Assembly (NCBI GenBank): GCA_027487625.1
Contig: JAIYDG010000641.1
Coordinates: forward strand, 1-56,395
DNA from: Bacteroidota bacterium
GTDB taxonomy: Bacteria; Bacteroidota; Bacteroidia; UKL13-3
Length of the DNA: 56,395 bases
Direction: 5' to 3'
Positions 29,347 through 39,679 of this stretch are shown here, one piece after another. The number at the start of each line of letters is the position of its first letter. Position 1 is the stretch's first letter. Made by a program: the position numbers and the translations under genes. The notes under the pieces are model-generated. The model saw only the letters and a program-made list of their open reading frames with translations. It made no database searches and had not been told where the DNA came from.

Positions 29347-30735
29347 TTAATTCTGAACTGAGAATTTCTTATAAAAAACTTTTTTATCAGAAAAGACTGC
29401 AAGTACATAGTTACCGTTTGCTAAACCTGACACATCTACCTTAGGTTCCCTTTCAGGTTTATCTCTTTTATAAACAATATTTCCAACTGAATTTATTAGC
29501 ATAAAACTGTCAATTTCAACCGGTGTTTTTATTTGCAAATAATGAATTGCAGGGTTTGGGAAAATTCTAATACTAGGACTTTCAACAAGTTCATCATAAC
29601 CGTTTAACAAAGGAGGATAAAGGAAATTAAATGCCGCTGGAAATTCTCTCTTCCAAAACCACTCACTATGCGCACCATCTGCTTTTACGGTCAAAAATCT
29701 TGAACTTGAATCCAATCCTTTAGCGATTAACAAAGAATCCATTCGTTTCATATCCGGAACCATGTTTTTACTTTCGGTAGCTCCTGATACATTATAAACT
29801 TTAAGTCCTTTATTGAGTTGGGAGTTTTTAACAAAAGTGAATAGTGAATCACTAAACCAAAATGCGGGTGAAAAAATACCTAGTTTGCTATACACGTTTG
29901 GATATTTAGCCACAGTATACATCGAAATTACTGCACCCATTGAACTTCCCGCTATACCTGTATATACAAACTCTGGTTTAGTTCTGTAAGCAGAATCAAT
30001 AAATGGTTTTAGAGTTAAAGTAATAAAATCTGCATACTCCTCTCCTTCTCCCCCACCATACTGTGCATTTTTATAGGGTGAATATTCATCAATCCGAGTT
30101 GAACCACCATTATCTATAGCAACAACAATTGCAGTTGATTGACCTAATTTTTCACGATTGCTTAAAGCTTCATCAACTCCCCATTCTCCAGCAAAAGCAG
30201 TTAGATTATCAAAAATATTCTGTCCATCATGCATATATAAAACAGGATAGGTTTTTGAAGTAGTTTGATAATCTTCAGGAAGGTAAATCCAAATTTTTCT
30301 TTTGCGATTTAACTGAGGCATGTAAAAAGTATCTGATAATATTCTTACATTTTTATTTGCAGTTGATGAAGGACCACCACCTTGTTTTAAATCTTCCCAA
30401 CCGGCAATATCACAGTTTAAAACGCCATTAGATGAATAAGTAAAATTTCGATTAGGAATATAAGCGCCACTTGCAGAGCCTTCAACTGTTTGCCATGAAC
30501 CTCTAGTAAACTTAAACTGCGCTGAACCACTTGCAGCAGGAATGGTAATTTGTCGAACTCCGGCTATTTCTTTTAAAATGAAAGCTGAATCATTCGCTTT
30601 CCAGTTATTAAAAGTACCAGCAGCAAATATTGTTGAACCAACAGGTGTATTACTCGGCAATGAATTTACTTTTATAGTAAATTGTGCTTTCAAACAAAAC
30701 GGAAACAGAAAAGTGATTAGAAGAAATTTTCTCAT
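29347..30735 (-). CDS. T9SS-secreted alpha/beta hydrolase (esterase) with N-terminal CBM-like domain
   Basis: Start ATG 30735; AGTFNNW...QFKFTRGSW (CBM20/48-like), YPVLYMHDGQN, nucleophile GSSMG, HSEWFW, CTD IFPNPA...GNYVL. Confidence 0.88.
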   Translation of the reverse strand: MRKFLLITFLFPFCLKAQFTIKVNSLPSNTPVGSTIFAAGTFNNWKANDSAFILKEIAGVRQITIPAASGSAQFKFTRGSWQTVEGSASGAYIPNRNFTYSSNGVLNCDIAGWEDLKQGGGPSSTANKNVRILSDTFYMPQLNRKRKIWIYLPEDYQTTSKTYPVLYMHDGQNIFDNLTAFAGEWGVDEALSNREKLGQSTAIVVAIDNGGSTRIDEYSPYKNAQYGGGEGEEYADFITLTLKPFIDSAYRTKPEFVYTGIAGSSMGAVISMYTVAKYPNVYSKLGIFSPAFWFSDSLFTFVKNSQLNKGLKVYNVSGATESKNMVPDMKRMDSLLIAKGLDSSSRFLTVKADGAHSEWFWKREFPAAFNFLYPPLLNGYDELVESPSIRIFPNPAIHYLQIKTPVEIDSFMLINSVGNIVYKRDKPEREPKVDVSGLANGNYVLAVFSDKKVFYKKFSVQN

Positions 30736-30770
30736 AAGCAAAACTAATTGATACTTGATACATTTGTACA

Positions 30771-31310
30771 ATGTTTACTAAAACGATAATTTTTCTTACA
30801 ATATTGTTAATGCCTTTGGTTCAAATCGAATTAAAAAATAATAAAGGAGAAAAAACTAGGATTAAAAACTTCGAAAACTATGAAGCAACAGTTTTATGGT
30901 TTATATCACCTGAATGTCCTTTATGCCAGAATTATACGCTAACAATTAAAAAATTTCAAGAGAAGTACAAATCCAAAATTAGGTTTATAGGCATAGTGAG
31001 TGGGAAAGATTTTACAGTTGATGATATTGAAAAGTTCAAAAGAGAATATCAAATTAAAATTGAAGTATTATATGATGAAGAAAAGAAATTAGTGAAACAT
31101 TTAGGAGCAAGTATTACACCAGAAGTTTTTGTTTATGACAAAACAAGTAAATTAGTTTACAGTGGCAGAATTGACAATTGGGCATATGCACCTGGCAAAA
31201 CACGAACTGTCATCACAAAACAGGAACTTGCAGATGTACTTCAAAAATTAAATGAAGGAAAAATTGTACCATTTCATAAAACCCAAGCAGTAGGATGTTT
31301 TATAGAGTAA
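30771..31310 (+). CDS. Exported redoxin (AhpC/TSA, thioredoxin fold)
   Basis: ECPLC, GASITPEVFV, YSGRIDN, AVGCFI. Confidence 0.88.
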   Translation: MFTKTIIFLTILLMPLVQIELKNNKGEKTRIKNFENYEATVLWFISPECPLCQNYTLTIKKFQEKYKSKIRFIGIVSGKDFTVDDIEKFKREYQIKIEVLYDEEKKLVKHLGASITPEVFVYDKTSKLVYSGRIDNWAYAPGKTRTVITKQELADVLQKLNEGKIVPFHKTQAVGCFIE

Positions 31311-32638
31311 TACTAATTTATATAGTTTTCATAGGTCTATTTTCTTGCTCTGAAAGCAAAAAAGAAAACCCTGATTTTGCAGCAGACATAGCTCCAATTA
31401 TTAGAAAAAATTGCAGTAAATGTCATGTTGATGGAGGCGCTGGCCCCTTTAATCTAGTAAATTATGAAGATGTAGCAAGCAAAGGAAAACTAATAACTTA
31501 TGTAACTGAAAATAAAATTATGCCACCATGGCCGGCAGATCCGGAGTATACTCATTTTGCTGGTGAAACTGTATTGAGTTATGAAGAAATTAATCTTATA
31601 AAAAAATGGGTTGAACAAGGCGCTATTCCAGGAGATACAGCAAACCTTGAAACTTATAAAAAACCAGAAAATAAAGTAGATTTAGGAAAAGCTGGAATGA
31701 CAGTATTTCTTGCTAAACCCTTTTTAATTCCCGGAGACAATTCCGATAGGTTTTATGTAGTAAAATTCCCTATAGAATTACCCTATGATACCTTTATCAG
31801 AGCTGTTGAATTTGTGCCTCATAAAAAGAAACTTGTTCATCATATGAATGCTCATTTGATAAATTATGAGGATGGAAAAAAGTCGAATCTACATAAAGGT
31901 CCTTATTGGATTAATCAAGATCAAAGTGAAAGTGTGAGGATTCATAAAGACTTAGATTTATTAAATGATGATGGCAGTTATCCTGAAATGACACCTTCAG
32001 TAAGTAATTATTTACCCGGTTCACAATTTAGTTTTTACCCACATGGCATAGGTGGATTTAGAATAAAGAAAAAATCAGCTTTGTATTTAAATGATATTCA
32101 CTTTGGACCATCTGCCAAAGAAGAATTAGACTCATCTTATTTTAAACTGTATTTTGGAAAAGGTCCAGCGGAAAGACCTGTTTCAGAATTTCAGATTGGA
32201 ACTTTGGGATTAAGTCCTGTTGTACCTGAATTAATTATACCTGCTAATGAAAAGAAAACTTTTTATATTCAATTTACTGTACCTCAAGATATTTCATTAT
32301 TGAGCATTGTTCCACATATGCATTTAATTGGCAAGAAGTTTCTAGCTTATGCAATCAAACCAAGTGGAGATACAATAAGGTTAATTAGGATTAACAATTG
32401 GGATTTTAGGTGGCAGTATTTTTATCAACCTAAAAAAATGCTATTTGTACCTAGAGGTAGCGTGATTTATGTAGTAGGAGATTATGACAATACTTCAGAA
32501 AATCCAAATAATCCATTTGATCCTCCAAGAGAAATATCAGAGAAAAATGGAAGTATGAAAACTACTGATGAAATGTTTCAGTTAATTTTAACCTATGTAC
32601 CTTACCAAAAAGGAGATGAAGAAAAGAGTTTAGAATAA
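31295..32638 (+). CDS. Lipoprotein: c-type heme domain fused to copper type II (PHM/DBH-like) monooxygenase domains
   Basis: Lipobox LFSC, CSKCH, MPPW, VHH, DIH, PHMH, WDFRWQYFY, YDNT..NP.NP, TTDEM. Confidence 0.8.
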   Translation: MFYRVILIYIVFIGLFSCSESKKENPDFAADIAPIIRKNCSKCHVDGGAGPFNLVNYEDVASKGKLITYVTENKIMPPWPADPEYTHFAGETVLSYEEINLIKKWVEQGAIPGDTANLETYKKPENKVDLGKAGMTVFLAKPFLIPGDNSDRFYVVKFPIELPYDTFIRAVEFVPHKKKLVHHMNAHLINYEDGKKSNLHKGPYWINQDQSESVRIHKDLDLLNDDGSYPEMTPSVSNYLPGSQFSFYPHGIGGFRIKKKSALYLNDIHFGPSAKEELDSSYFKLYFGKGPAERPVSEFQIGTLGLSPVVPELIIPANEKKTFYIQFTVPQDISLLSIVPHMHLIGKKFLAYAIKPSGDTIRLIRINNWDFRWQYFYQPKKMLFVPRGSVIYVVGDYDNTSENPNNPFDPPREISEKNGSMKTTDEMFQLILTYVPYQKGDEEKSLE

Positions 32639-32670
32639 AAAAAAGCTGCAATTGAGTTTGCAGCTTTTTT
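32637..32670. terminator. Bidirectional terminator
   Basis: A8GCTGCAA-TTGAGT-TTGCAGCT6 between convergent genes. Confidence 0.8.
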
Positions 32671-32689
32671 CTAAAAGTTGTGAAAATGA

Positions 32690-33109
32690 TTAGCAATATT
32701 CATCGAAGGCAGCTTGTAAATGATCAGAAATCATTTGAGCACTGCGTCCTTCAATCATGTGTCTTTCAACAAAATGAACCAATTCTCCATCTTTAAACAA
32801 AGCAATAGAAGGAGAAGAAGGAGGATAAGGAAGTGTAAATTCACGAGCTTTTGCAACAGCATCAACTTCTTGACCAGCAAAAACAGTTAACAACTCAGTA
32901 GGTTTTTTATCAGATTTACCAACTGCATCTATAACACCTGGGCGACAAGTACCAGCAGCACAGCCACAAACCGAATTAAAAACCAATAATTGAGTACCAG
33001 TCTTTTTACCTAAAGCCTCTTCTACTTGAGAAGCGTTTAACAATGATGTGAAGCCAACATTTTCTAATTGTTGTTTCATCGGAGTAACTAACATTTCAGG
33101 ATATGCCAT
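32690..33109 (-). CDS. BrxA/BrxB family bacilliredoxin
   Basis: Start ATG 33109; NSVCGCAAG.CRPG, TVFAGQ, PPSSPSIALFKDG, RHMIEG. Confidence 0.93.
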   Translation of the reverse strand: MAYPEMLVTPMKQQLENVGFTSLLNASQVEEALGKKTGTQLLVFNSVCGCAAGTCRPGVIDAVGKSDKKPTELLTVFAGQEVDAVAKAREFTLPYPPSSPSIALFKDGELVHFVERHMIEGRSAQMISDHLQAAFDEYC

Positions 33110-33307
33110 AATTGAAATTATTATATTATTAAAAATTGTGAATACAAAGAATGAAAAACTAGATGAACTCTTCAAGCATCAGGCCAAAAAAATTTGTCTG
33201 AAACAATGGCAGTCTTAAAATTTTACAAACTACTAATAAAAATACTTAAGTTTATTTTTATAATCAGACCAATACACCTAATTTTGCTACAATTTAATAA
33301 AATAAAC

Positions 33308-34621
33308 ATGTCAGAAGCAAAAACACAACTGCCTTACAAAGTAAAGGACATTACACTATCGGAATGGGGTCGTAAAGAACTTCGTTTAGCCGAAGCAGAA
33401 ATGCCGGGTTTAATGGCTATTCGTAAAGAATATGGACCTGCTCAACCACTTAAAGGTGCGCGTATTGCAGGTTGTCTTCATATGACAATTCAAACTGGTG
33501 TTTTAATTGAAACTTTGAAACATTTAGGTGCTGAAGTAACTTGGAGTTCATGTAATATTTTTTCTACCCAAGATCACGCTGCTGCTGCAATAGCTGCTGC
33601 AGGAATCCCTGTTTACGCATGGAAAGGTCAAAATGAAGAAGAATTTGATTGGTGTATCGAACAAACTTTATTTGCATTTGAAGGTGGCAAACCTTTGAAT
33701 ATGATTTTAGATGATGGTGGTGATTTAACAAACATGGTTTTAGACCGTTACCCTGAATTAGTTGGTGAAATCAAAGGATTATCAGAAGAAACAACTACAG
33801 GTGTTCACCGTTTATATGAGCGCATGAAAAAAGGTACTTTACCTCTTCCTGCTATCAACGTAAATGATTCAGTTACTAAATCAAAATTTGATAATAAATA
33901 TGGTTGTAAAGAATCTTTAGTTGATGCAATTCGTCGTGCTACAGATATTATGATGGCAGGTAAAGTTGCTGTTGTTGCTGGTTACGGTGATGTGGGCAAA
34001 GGTTCTGCTGAATCATTACGTGGTGCTGGTGCTCGTGTATTGGTTACAGAAATCGATCCAATTTGTGCATTACAAGCTGCAATGGATGGTTTTGAAGTAG
34101 TTACTATGGAAGATGCTTGTTCAAGAGCAAACATCTTTGTTACAGCAACAGGAAACGTGAAAATTATCACTGACCGTCATTTCAAAGCTATGCGCGATAA
34201 ATCTATCGTTTGTAATATTGGTCACTTCGATAACGAAATTGATATGGCTTGGATGAACAATACTTATGGTTCTACTAAATTCACAGTAAAACCTCAAGTT
34301 GATGTTTACAATGTTGATGGTAACGAAATCATTATTTTAGCTGAAGGTCGTTTAGTAAACTTAGGTTGTGCTATGGGTCACCCAAGTTTTGTAATGAGTA
34401 ATTCATTCTCAAACCAAACTTTGGCTCAAATTGAATTATGGACAAACACTTCTGCTTATGAAAATAAAGTATATGTATTGCCTAAACATTTAGATGAAAA
34501 AGTAGCTGCTTTACATTTAGAGCATATTGGCGCAAAATTGACTATTTTGGATACTGAGCAAGCTGATTATATCGGAGTTAAAGCTCAAGGTCCTTTCAAA
34601 TCTGATATGTACCGTTACTAG
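33308..34621 (+). CDS. ahcY: Adenosylhomocysteinase
   Basis: Start ATG 33308, with promoter box TAATTTTG at 33279-33286; [36 protein letters not shown]. Confidence 0.98.
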   Translation: MSEAKTQLPYKVKDITLSEWGRKELRLAEAEMPGLMAIRKEYGPAQPLKGARIAGCLHMTIQTGVLIETLKHLGAEVTWSSCNIFSTQDHAAAAIAAAGIPVYAWKGQNEEEFDWCIEQTLFAFEGGKPLNMILDDGGDLTNMVLDRYPELVGEIKGLSEETTTGVHRLYERMKKGTLPLPAINVNDSVTKSKFDNKYGCKESLVDAIRRATDIMMAGKVAVVAGYGDVGKGSAESLRGAGARVLVTEIDPICALQAAMDGFEVVTMEDACSRANIFVTATGNVKIITDRHFKAMRDKSIVCNIGHFDNEIDMAWMNNTYGSTKFTVKPQVDVYNVDGNEIIILAEGRLVNLGCAMGHPSFVMSNSFSNQTLAQIELWTNTSAYENKVYVLPKHLDEKVAALHLEHIGAKLTILDTEQADYIGVKAQGPFKSDMYRY

Positions 34622-34645
34622 TACTTGACGATTTCTTAATAATTT

Positions 34646-34676
34646 AAAGCCGACTTGTTAATTCAAGTCGGCTTTT
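34646..34676 (+). terminator. Intrinsic terminator after ahcY
   Basis: AAAGCCGACTTG-TTAATT-CAAGTCGGCTTTT. Confidence 0.8.
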
Positions 34677-34689
34677 CTATTTTTATAAA

Positions 34690-35322
34690 ATGAAAAAATC
34701 AATCTTTCTAGGTTTAGGTATAGCAAGTTCATTAATTTTCTCATCGTGCTGCGATGAAAGAACACTTTATTGCAGTCCTGGTGATGAAGTAATAAAAAGT
34801 AGCTTACCTTATGTTGCTGGTCAAACATTAATATATCAATCAGAAACTGGTAAAAAGATTTATGTTGAATTGAATTCAAAAGCTGGGAGCAAAGGTTATT
34901 CCTACGAAACATCATGTAAAATCATGAAAAATGATAATGATGCTTGTGAACCCTCAGTATCTATTGCAGGAAAAGTAATTGATAGTTCTAATGTTTTTAA
35001 TGTTTACAATAGGAATTTTTTCGCATCACTAACCAAACGTCAATATGCAGAAGATAAGGAATTCTTTGCATTTTCTGCATTTGGAAATTCAGCTTCTATT
35101 TATTTCACTGATAATCTAAGTGAAAATAAAACTGTAGGAATTGATCCAAAGTTTTTTGTAATAGAATCTGATTTTAAAACCCCATATAAACAATATAGCC
35201 AAGTGATTACTTACTCAATAGAAGAATTAAAAAATAAAGAGAAAAGTGTATTTGATACCAATGGCAAGTTGATTGCTTTTATCTCACCAAACGATGCGGA
35301 ATGGTTTTATTTGGTTGAATAA
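34690..35322 (+). CDS. Hypothetical lipoprotein
   Basis: MKK-hydrophobic-FSSC lipobox; 210 aa, no family recognised. Confidence 0.7.
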   Translation: MKKSIFLGLGIASSLIFSSCCDERTLYCSPGDEVIKSSLPYVAGQTLIYQSETGKKIYVELNSKAGSKGYSYETSCKIMKNDNDACEPSVSIAGKVIDSSNVFNVYNRNFFASLTKRQYAEDKEFFAFSAFGNSASIYFTDNLSENKTVGIDPKFFVIESDFKTPYKQYSQVITYSIEELKNKEKSVFDTNGKLIAFISPNDAEWFYLVE

Positions 35323-35343
35323 TCCTGATATTAAACTATCATT

Positions 35344-35394
35344 TAAAAACAAAAAAGGGAATTGATTTGGAGTCAATTCCCTTTTTTGTTTTTA
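35344..35394. terminator. Bidirectional terminator
   Basis: TAAAAACAAAAAAGGGAATTGA...TCAATTCCCTTTTTTGTTTTTA. Confidence 0.8.
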
Positions 35395-35534
35395 TAAACT
35401 TGTTAGGGTTTGGTAAAAACCAATTACTTAATGAAAGATTCTTCTAGCAATAACTTTTTAATCCTTGTATTTAAATTATTAAAACACGGTCTAGTTGTTT
35501 GATAATATGTCCTGATTAAGATTTTTAGCAGGCC

Positions 35535-38123
35535 TTAATTATCAAAAGGTTTTTCCTGTTCTGAACTAACAAATAAATGATTGTTGTATAAAACATAACC
35601 CAATCTTTCTCTTAAATCATCTGGATTAAAAGGTTTGAAGATATAATCATTCATACCAACTTCATACACTTTTTGGCGGAATTGCATTTCATTTTCGGCC
35701 GTTATGGCAATAATTGGAATACGACGTTTTCTTTCATCGGAAAGTTTACGAATTAATCTGGTAGCTTCAATTCCATCCATTTCTGGCATATGAATATCCA
35801 TTAAAACAGCATCAAATGTCTCTGAACTTACTTTTGCATAAGCCTCTTTGCCATTCATTACCACATCTGTAACTACACCCCATTTGTGTAAAAACTGACG
35901 AATAACAAGTATATTCATCATATTATCTTCTGCAATCAGAATGCGTTTTCCTTTGATAGAGTTTTCAAATGAAGCCGTTCTTGAACTCTTTCCAATTGCA
36001 GCATTCCTGCTTACTTCAAAATTAATCGAGAAATAAAAAGTTGATCCAACACCTGGTTCAGAACTTAATTGAAGTTTGCTATTTAAATTTTCAAGAATTC
36101 TCTTACATATAGATAAACCCAAACCTGAACCACCAAATTTTCTTGTAATAGTTCCATCAGCTTGAGTAAATGATTCGAAAATCTGCGTTTGTTTCTGAGA
36201 TGAAATACCAATTCCAGTGTCACTCACTTTTACATGAATCAAAGCATGATTAACTGTGCTTAATTGCATGCTTAAATCAACTTTCACATAACCCTTTTCA
36301 GTAAATTTAAGCGCATTACTAACTAGGTTAATTAAAAGCTGATTAATTCTTAATGGGTCACCTTTTAAAACTGCAGGAATTTTTTCATCATAATTCACTA
36401 ATAATTCTACACCTTTTTCAGCAGCTTTTATAGAGAACAAATCACGAATATCTAGAACAATATTTTTCAGGTTAAATTCAATATTCTCAAATTGCATTTT
36501 ACCCGCTTCCATTTTGCTGAAATCAAGTATATTATTTACAAGAGAAAGTAAGTTATCAGATGAAATTTTTAAGATATTGAGATTTTCTATCTGGTCTTGA
36601 TTTGGGAAATTCTGGTTTAAAAGATTAGTAGCACCAATAATTGCATTTAATGGCGTTCTAATCTCATGTGAGATAGTAGAAATAAATTGGGATTTAACTT
36701 TTGCAGCTTCTTCAGCAGCTTCTTTTGCTTGAAGAATTTCAATATTTTTAACCTGAAGAATTTTATTCTGTATTTCAATCTTTTTTTGCTTCTGATTTAA
36801 TTGGGTGTTATTCTTTTTAACTTTCACAACATAAAACCACATCAAAATCATTAAAGCAGAAAATAAGGCTAAAACAAACCAAATAAAAATACGTCTAACT
36901 CTCGTTCTTTCTGTTTGAATCAAAACTTCAGATTCATCTTTTTCTTGCTTTAAGGTTATGTATTCATCTTTGAGCTTATCAATACTATTAGGACCATTTA
37001 TACGGTACAAAGTATCCTTCAATGAATTATTTAGTTTTTCATATTTAAGAGCTAAAGCAAAATCTTTATTTGCAGCATAAACATCAGCTAAACCAATGTA
37101 GGATTCTTGTAAAAATGAAAGATATGAACCTCTTTTTGCCAAAAATTCTCCTTTTTTATAATAGAATTCTGCTGAATCATATGATTTCATACCATAAAAG
37201 CAAAATCCTAAGTTATTGTATGAATTTGATAAATCATCCAAACTTTCACTATTTTTCTTTATTTCGGTCGCCTTTCTTAAGAAATCCAATGCCCTTTTAT
37301 AATCTTTTAATAAGGTATAAATTACACCTAAATTATTATATGATAATCCAAGATTTTCTATAGAATTCGATTTCTTATCATACTCATAAACTTCAAGAAA
37401 ATATGGTAAAGCCTTAGAAACTTTTCCTGTTTCCTGGTAAAGAATTGCTAAATTATTAATTGCATTAATTCTTGCATCTTCATTAGTGGTAGCGATTTTA
37501 GCTGCCAAATCTAATGACTTATTAAAATAAACTTCTGCTAAATAAAACCGTTTTTGTTCTTTATAAATTAAACCGATATTGTTGTAACAGTCAGCTATAC
37601 CATCTAAATCGTTTAGTTTATCAAAGATAAAAAGTGCACTAAAATAGCTTTTTATCGCTTCATTGAATCTACCTTGACGTTCTTGTGCAATACCCAATAA
37701 AACATAAGAACGAGCTAACTCTTGCTCTCTGTTATATTTTATTAATATAGGAATGTTTTCTTCAAGTTCTTTTGTTGTTATATAATAATCTTGACTCTCG
37801 AAAACTATAAAAACTTTTGCAATTTTAGCTCTGGCTTTAAATTCTTCATTATTATGCTTTTCAGCTAAATCTAAAGTTTGTTGAATAAAGTCAGCTGAAT
37901 TTGGCAATCCTTTAGCAGCATGATGCCAAGAAAGCAAAACCATACCTTCAAGTCGTTGTTCTTCTGTTTCAGCATTTTTAATAGTAAGCTGTAAACTATC
38001 TATATTAAGTTCTGATGCATTTATGTTTGAAATAAAAATCAAAACAAAAACACAGCAAAGCATACAAAACCTTAAGAATTGATTTGCAATAGGTACTTTT
38101 GTATAAATAATTACTTTTTTCAC
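35535..38123 (-). CDS. Hybrid sensor histidine kinase/response regulator with periplasmic TPR repeats
   Basis: TPRs (YNNIG, YNNLG), TM helix, SHEIRTPLN, NLVSNALKFT, DTGIG, GSGLGL, receiver MDIHMPEMDG. The start may be ATG 38063. Confidence 0.93.
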   Translation of the reverse strand: MKKVIIYTKVPIANQFLRFCMLCCVFVLIFISNINASELNIDSLQLTIKNAETEEQRLEGMVLLSWHHAAKGLPNSADFIQQTLDLAEKHNNEEFKARAKIAKVFIVFESQDYYITTKELEENIPILIKYNREQELARSYVLLGIAQERQGRFNEAIKSYFSALFIFDKLNDLDGIADCYNNIGLIYKEQKRFYLAEVYFNKSLDLAAKIATTNEDARINAINNLAILYQETGKVSKALPYFLEVYEYDKKSNSIENLGLSYNNLGVIYTLLKDYKRALDFLRKATEIKKNSESLDDLSNSYNNLGFCFYGMKSYDSAEFYYKKGEFLAKRGSYLSFLQESYIGLADVYAANKDFALALKYEKLNNSLKDTLYRINGPNSIDKLKDEYITLKQEKDESEVLIQTERTRVRRIFIWFVLALFSALMILMWFYVVKVKKNNTQLNQKQKKIEIQNKILQVKNIEILQAKEAAEEAAKVKSQFISTISHEIRTPLNAIIGATNLLNQNFPNQDQIENLNILKISSDNLLSLVNNILDFSKMEAGKMQFENIEFNLKNIVLDIRDLFSIKAAEKGVELLVNYDEKIPAVLKGDPLRINQLLINLVSNALKFTEKGYVKVDLSMQLSTVNHALIHVKVSDTGIGISSQKQTQIFESFTQADGTITRKFGGSGLGLSICKRILENLNSKLQLSSEPGVGSTFYFSINFEVSRNAAIGKSSRTASFENSIKGKRILIAEDNMMNILVIRQFLHKWGVVTDVVMNGKEAYAKVSSETFDAVLMDIHMPEMDGIEATRLIRKLSDERKRRIPIIAITAENEMQFRQKVYEVGMNDYIFKPFNPDDLRERLGYVLYNNHLFVSSEQEKPFDN

Positions 38124-38132
38124 TTTTAAAGA

Positions 38133-38849
38133 ATGGCGAATTTAAGCGTAAACATAAACAAAATTGCACTTATCAGAAACTCAAGAGGAGGAAATAATCC
38201 TGATATTATTCGAGCGGCAGTTTTAATTCAACAATCAGGGGCAGATGGAATTACTGTTCACCCTCGTCCTGATGAAAGACATATTCGTTATAATGACATT
38301 CCAAAACTAATGGAAATAACTCATAATGAATTAAATATAGAAGGAAACCCTAAGGAGGATAAGTTTATTAAAATGGTACTTGAAAACAAACCAGCACAAG
38401 TAACTTTGGTACCCGACAACAATGACCAATTAACGAGTGACCATGGTTGGGACACAATAAAAAATAAAGATTTCTTAAAAGAGATGTCCGAATTATTTAC
38501 AAATCATGGAATTCGGTGTTCAATTTTTGTTGATCCTGATTTAAAAATGATAGAAGGAGCTAAAGAATGTGATGCGCATAGAATTGAACTTTATACTGAA
38601 TCATATGCTCAACATTATTCAACAAATAAAGAGTCGGCAATTGCACCATATGTGCTTGCTGCTAATTTAGCAAAAGAGCTAGGATTAGGTATCAATGCGG
38701 GTCATGATTTGAACTTGGAAAATCTTGCCTATTTCAAAAAATGTATTCCATTTTTAGATGAAGTTTCTATAGGTCATGCATTGGTTTGTGATGCATTATA
38801 TTTGGGACTTGAAAACACTGTTTCGATGTATAAAAGAGCATTAAAATAA
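38133..38849 (+). CDS. pdxJ: Pyridoxine 5'-phosphate synthase PdxJ
   Basis: LSVNINKIA, GITVHPRPDERHI, NAGHDL, EVSIGHAL. Confidence 0.97.
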   Translation: MANLSVNINKIALIRNSRGGNNPDIIRAAVLIQQSGADGITVHPRPDERHIRYNDIPKLMEITHNELNIEGNPKEDKFIKMVLENKPAQVTLVPDNNDQLTSDHGWDTIKNKDFLKEMSELFTNHGIRCSIFVDPDLKMIEGAKECDAHRIELYTESYAQHYSTNKESAIAPYVLAANLAKELGLGINAGHDLNLENLAYFKKCIPFLDEVSIGHALVCDALYLGLENTVSMYKRALK

Positions 38850-38853
38850 TAAC

Positions 38854-39588
38854 ATGAAAACTAAACTAATTTTACTTTTATTGATTATTTCAGTAATCAA
38901 TTTAAATCAAACAAAAGCACAAAATACTATGGTTCCTCACATTCAATTAAAAGGTGAATCAAACATCAAAATTCTTCCTGATTTAGGCATCTTTTATATT
39001 CAAATTAGTGCTACTGCAAAAACTGAAACTGAATGTAATGAACGTTTAAATAAATTGAATGATGAACTCATGAAAAGGCTGAAAACAGAAGGATTTACAG
39101 CCGAGCAAATTAAACTTACCAATTATTCTATCTCTGCTGAATGGGATTATAGCGATGGTAAAAGCAAAAAAACTGGCTACAAATCTTATCAAGATTTTAG
39201 AATAGAATTTAAATTGGATAAAAAGCGAATACTTTCTGTCTACAATAAACTTAGTGAAAATAAAAGTGAAAATGTGAGCATTAATTTTGGAACAGATTGT
39301 TCAGATGAATTAAAGAAAAAGACTAAAAATAATTTGATAGTTTTAGCTATTAAAGATGCAACACAGAAAGCGCAATTGATAGCAGAAACTACAGGCAACA
39401 AATTAGGTAACATGGAATTTATCAGGTATGGAATTGTATCAAATGAACAAAACTATCCTATGCATATGGAGAGCAAAGTTGCATTTGCACCTATGGTCGA
39501 TTCAAATGAAGAAAGAGCGGAAAATTTCTCTATTAATGAAATTGAATTTACAGAAGAAATTGAGATGTCGTTTATGATAGTTAAATAA
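38854..39588 (+). CDS. SIMPL (DUF541) domain periplasmic protein
   Basis: Signal peptide, IQLKGES.IKILPD, LAIKDATQKAQLIA. Confidence 0.85.
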   Translation: MKTKLILLLLIISVINLNQTKAQNTMVPHIQLKGESNIKILPDLGIFYIQISATAKTETECNERLNKLNDELMKRLKTEGFTAEQIKLTNYSISAEWDYSDGKSKKTGYKSYQDFRIEFKLDKKRILSVYNKLSENKSENVSINFGTDCSDELKKKTKNNLIVLAIKDATQKAQLIAETTGNKLGNMEFIRYGIVSNEQNYPMHMESKVAFAPMVDSNEERAENFSINEIEFTEEIEMSFMIVK

Positions 39589-39615
39589 CATTACTTTCAA
39601 TTTTCAACCAAGTTA

Positions 39616-39670
39616 ATTAACAAAAAGAAAGCCGGTGAATCAAAGATTCACCGGCTTTCTTTTTGTTAAT
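39616..39670. terminator. Bidirectional terminator (26-bp perfect inverted repeat)
   Basis: ATTAACAAAAAGAAAGCCGGTGAATC-AAA-GATTCACCGGCTTTCTTTTTGTTAAT between convergent genes. Confidence 0.85.
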
Positions 39671-39679
39671 AGTATTCAA

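Noticed and set aside
39616-39670. 26-bp perfect inverted repeat as a MITE
   Set aside because: It is a single copy with A/T tails between convergent genes, adequately explained as a bidirectional terminator.
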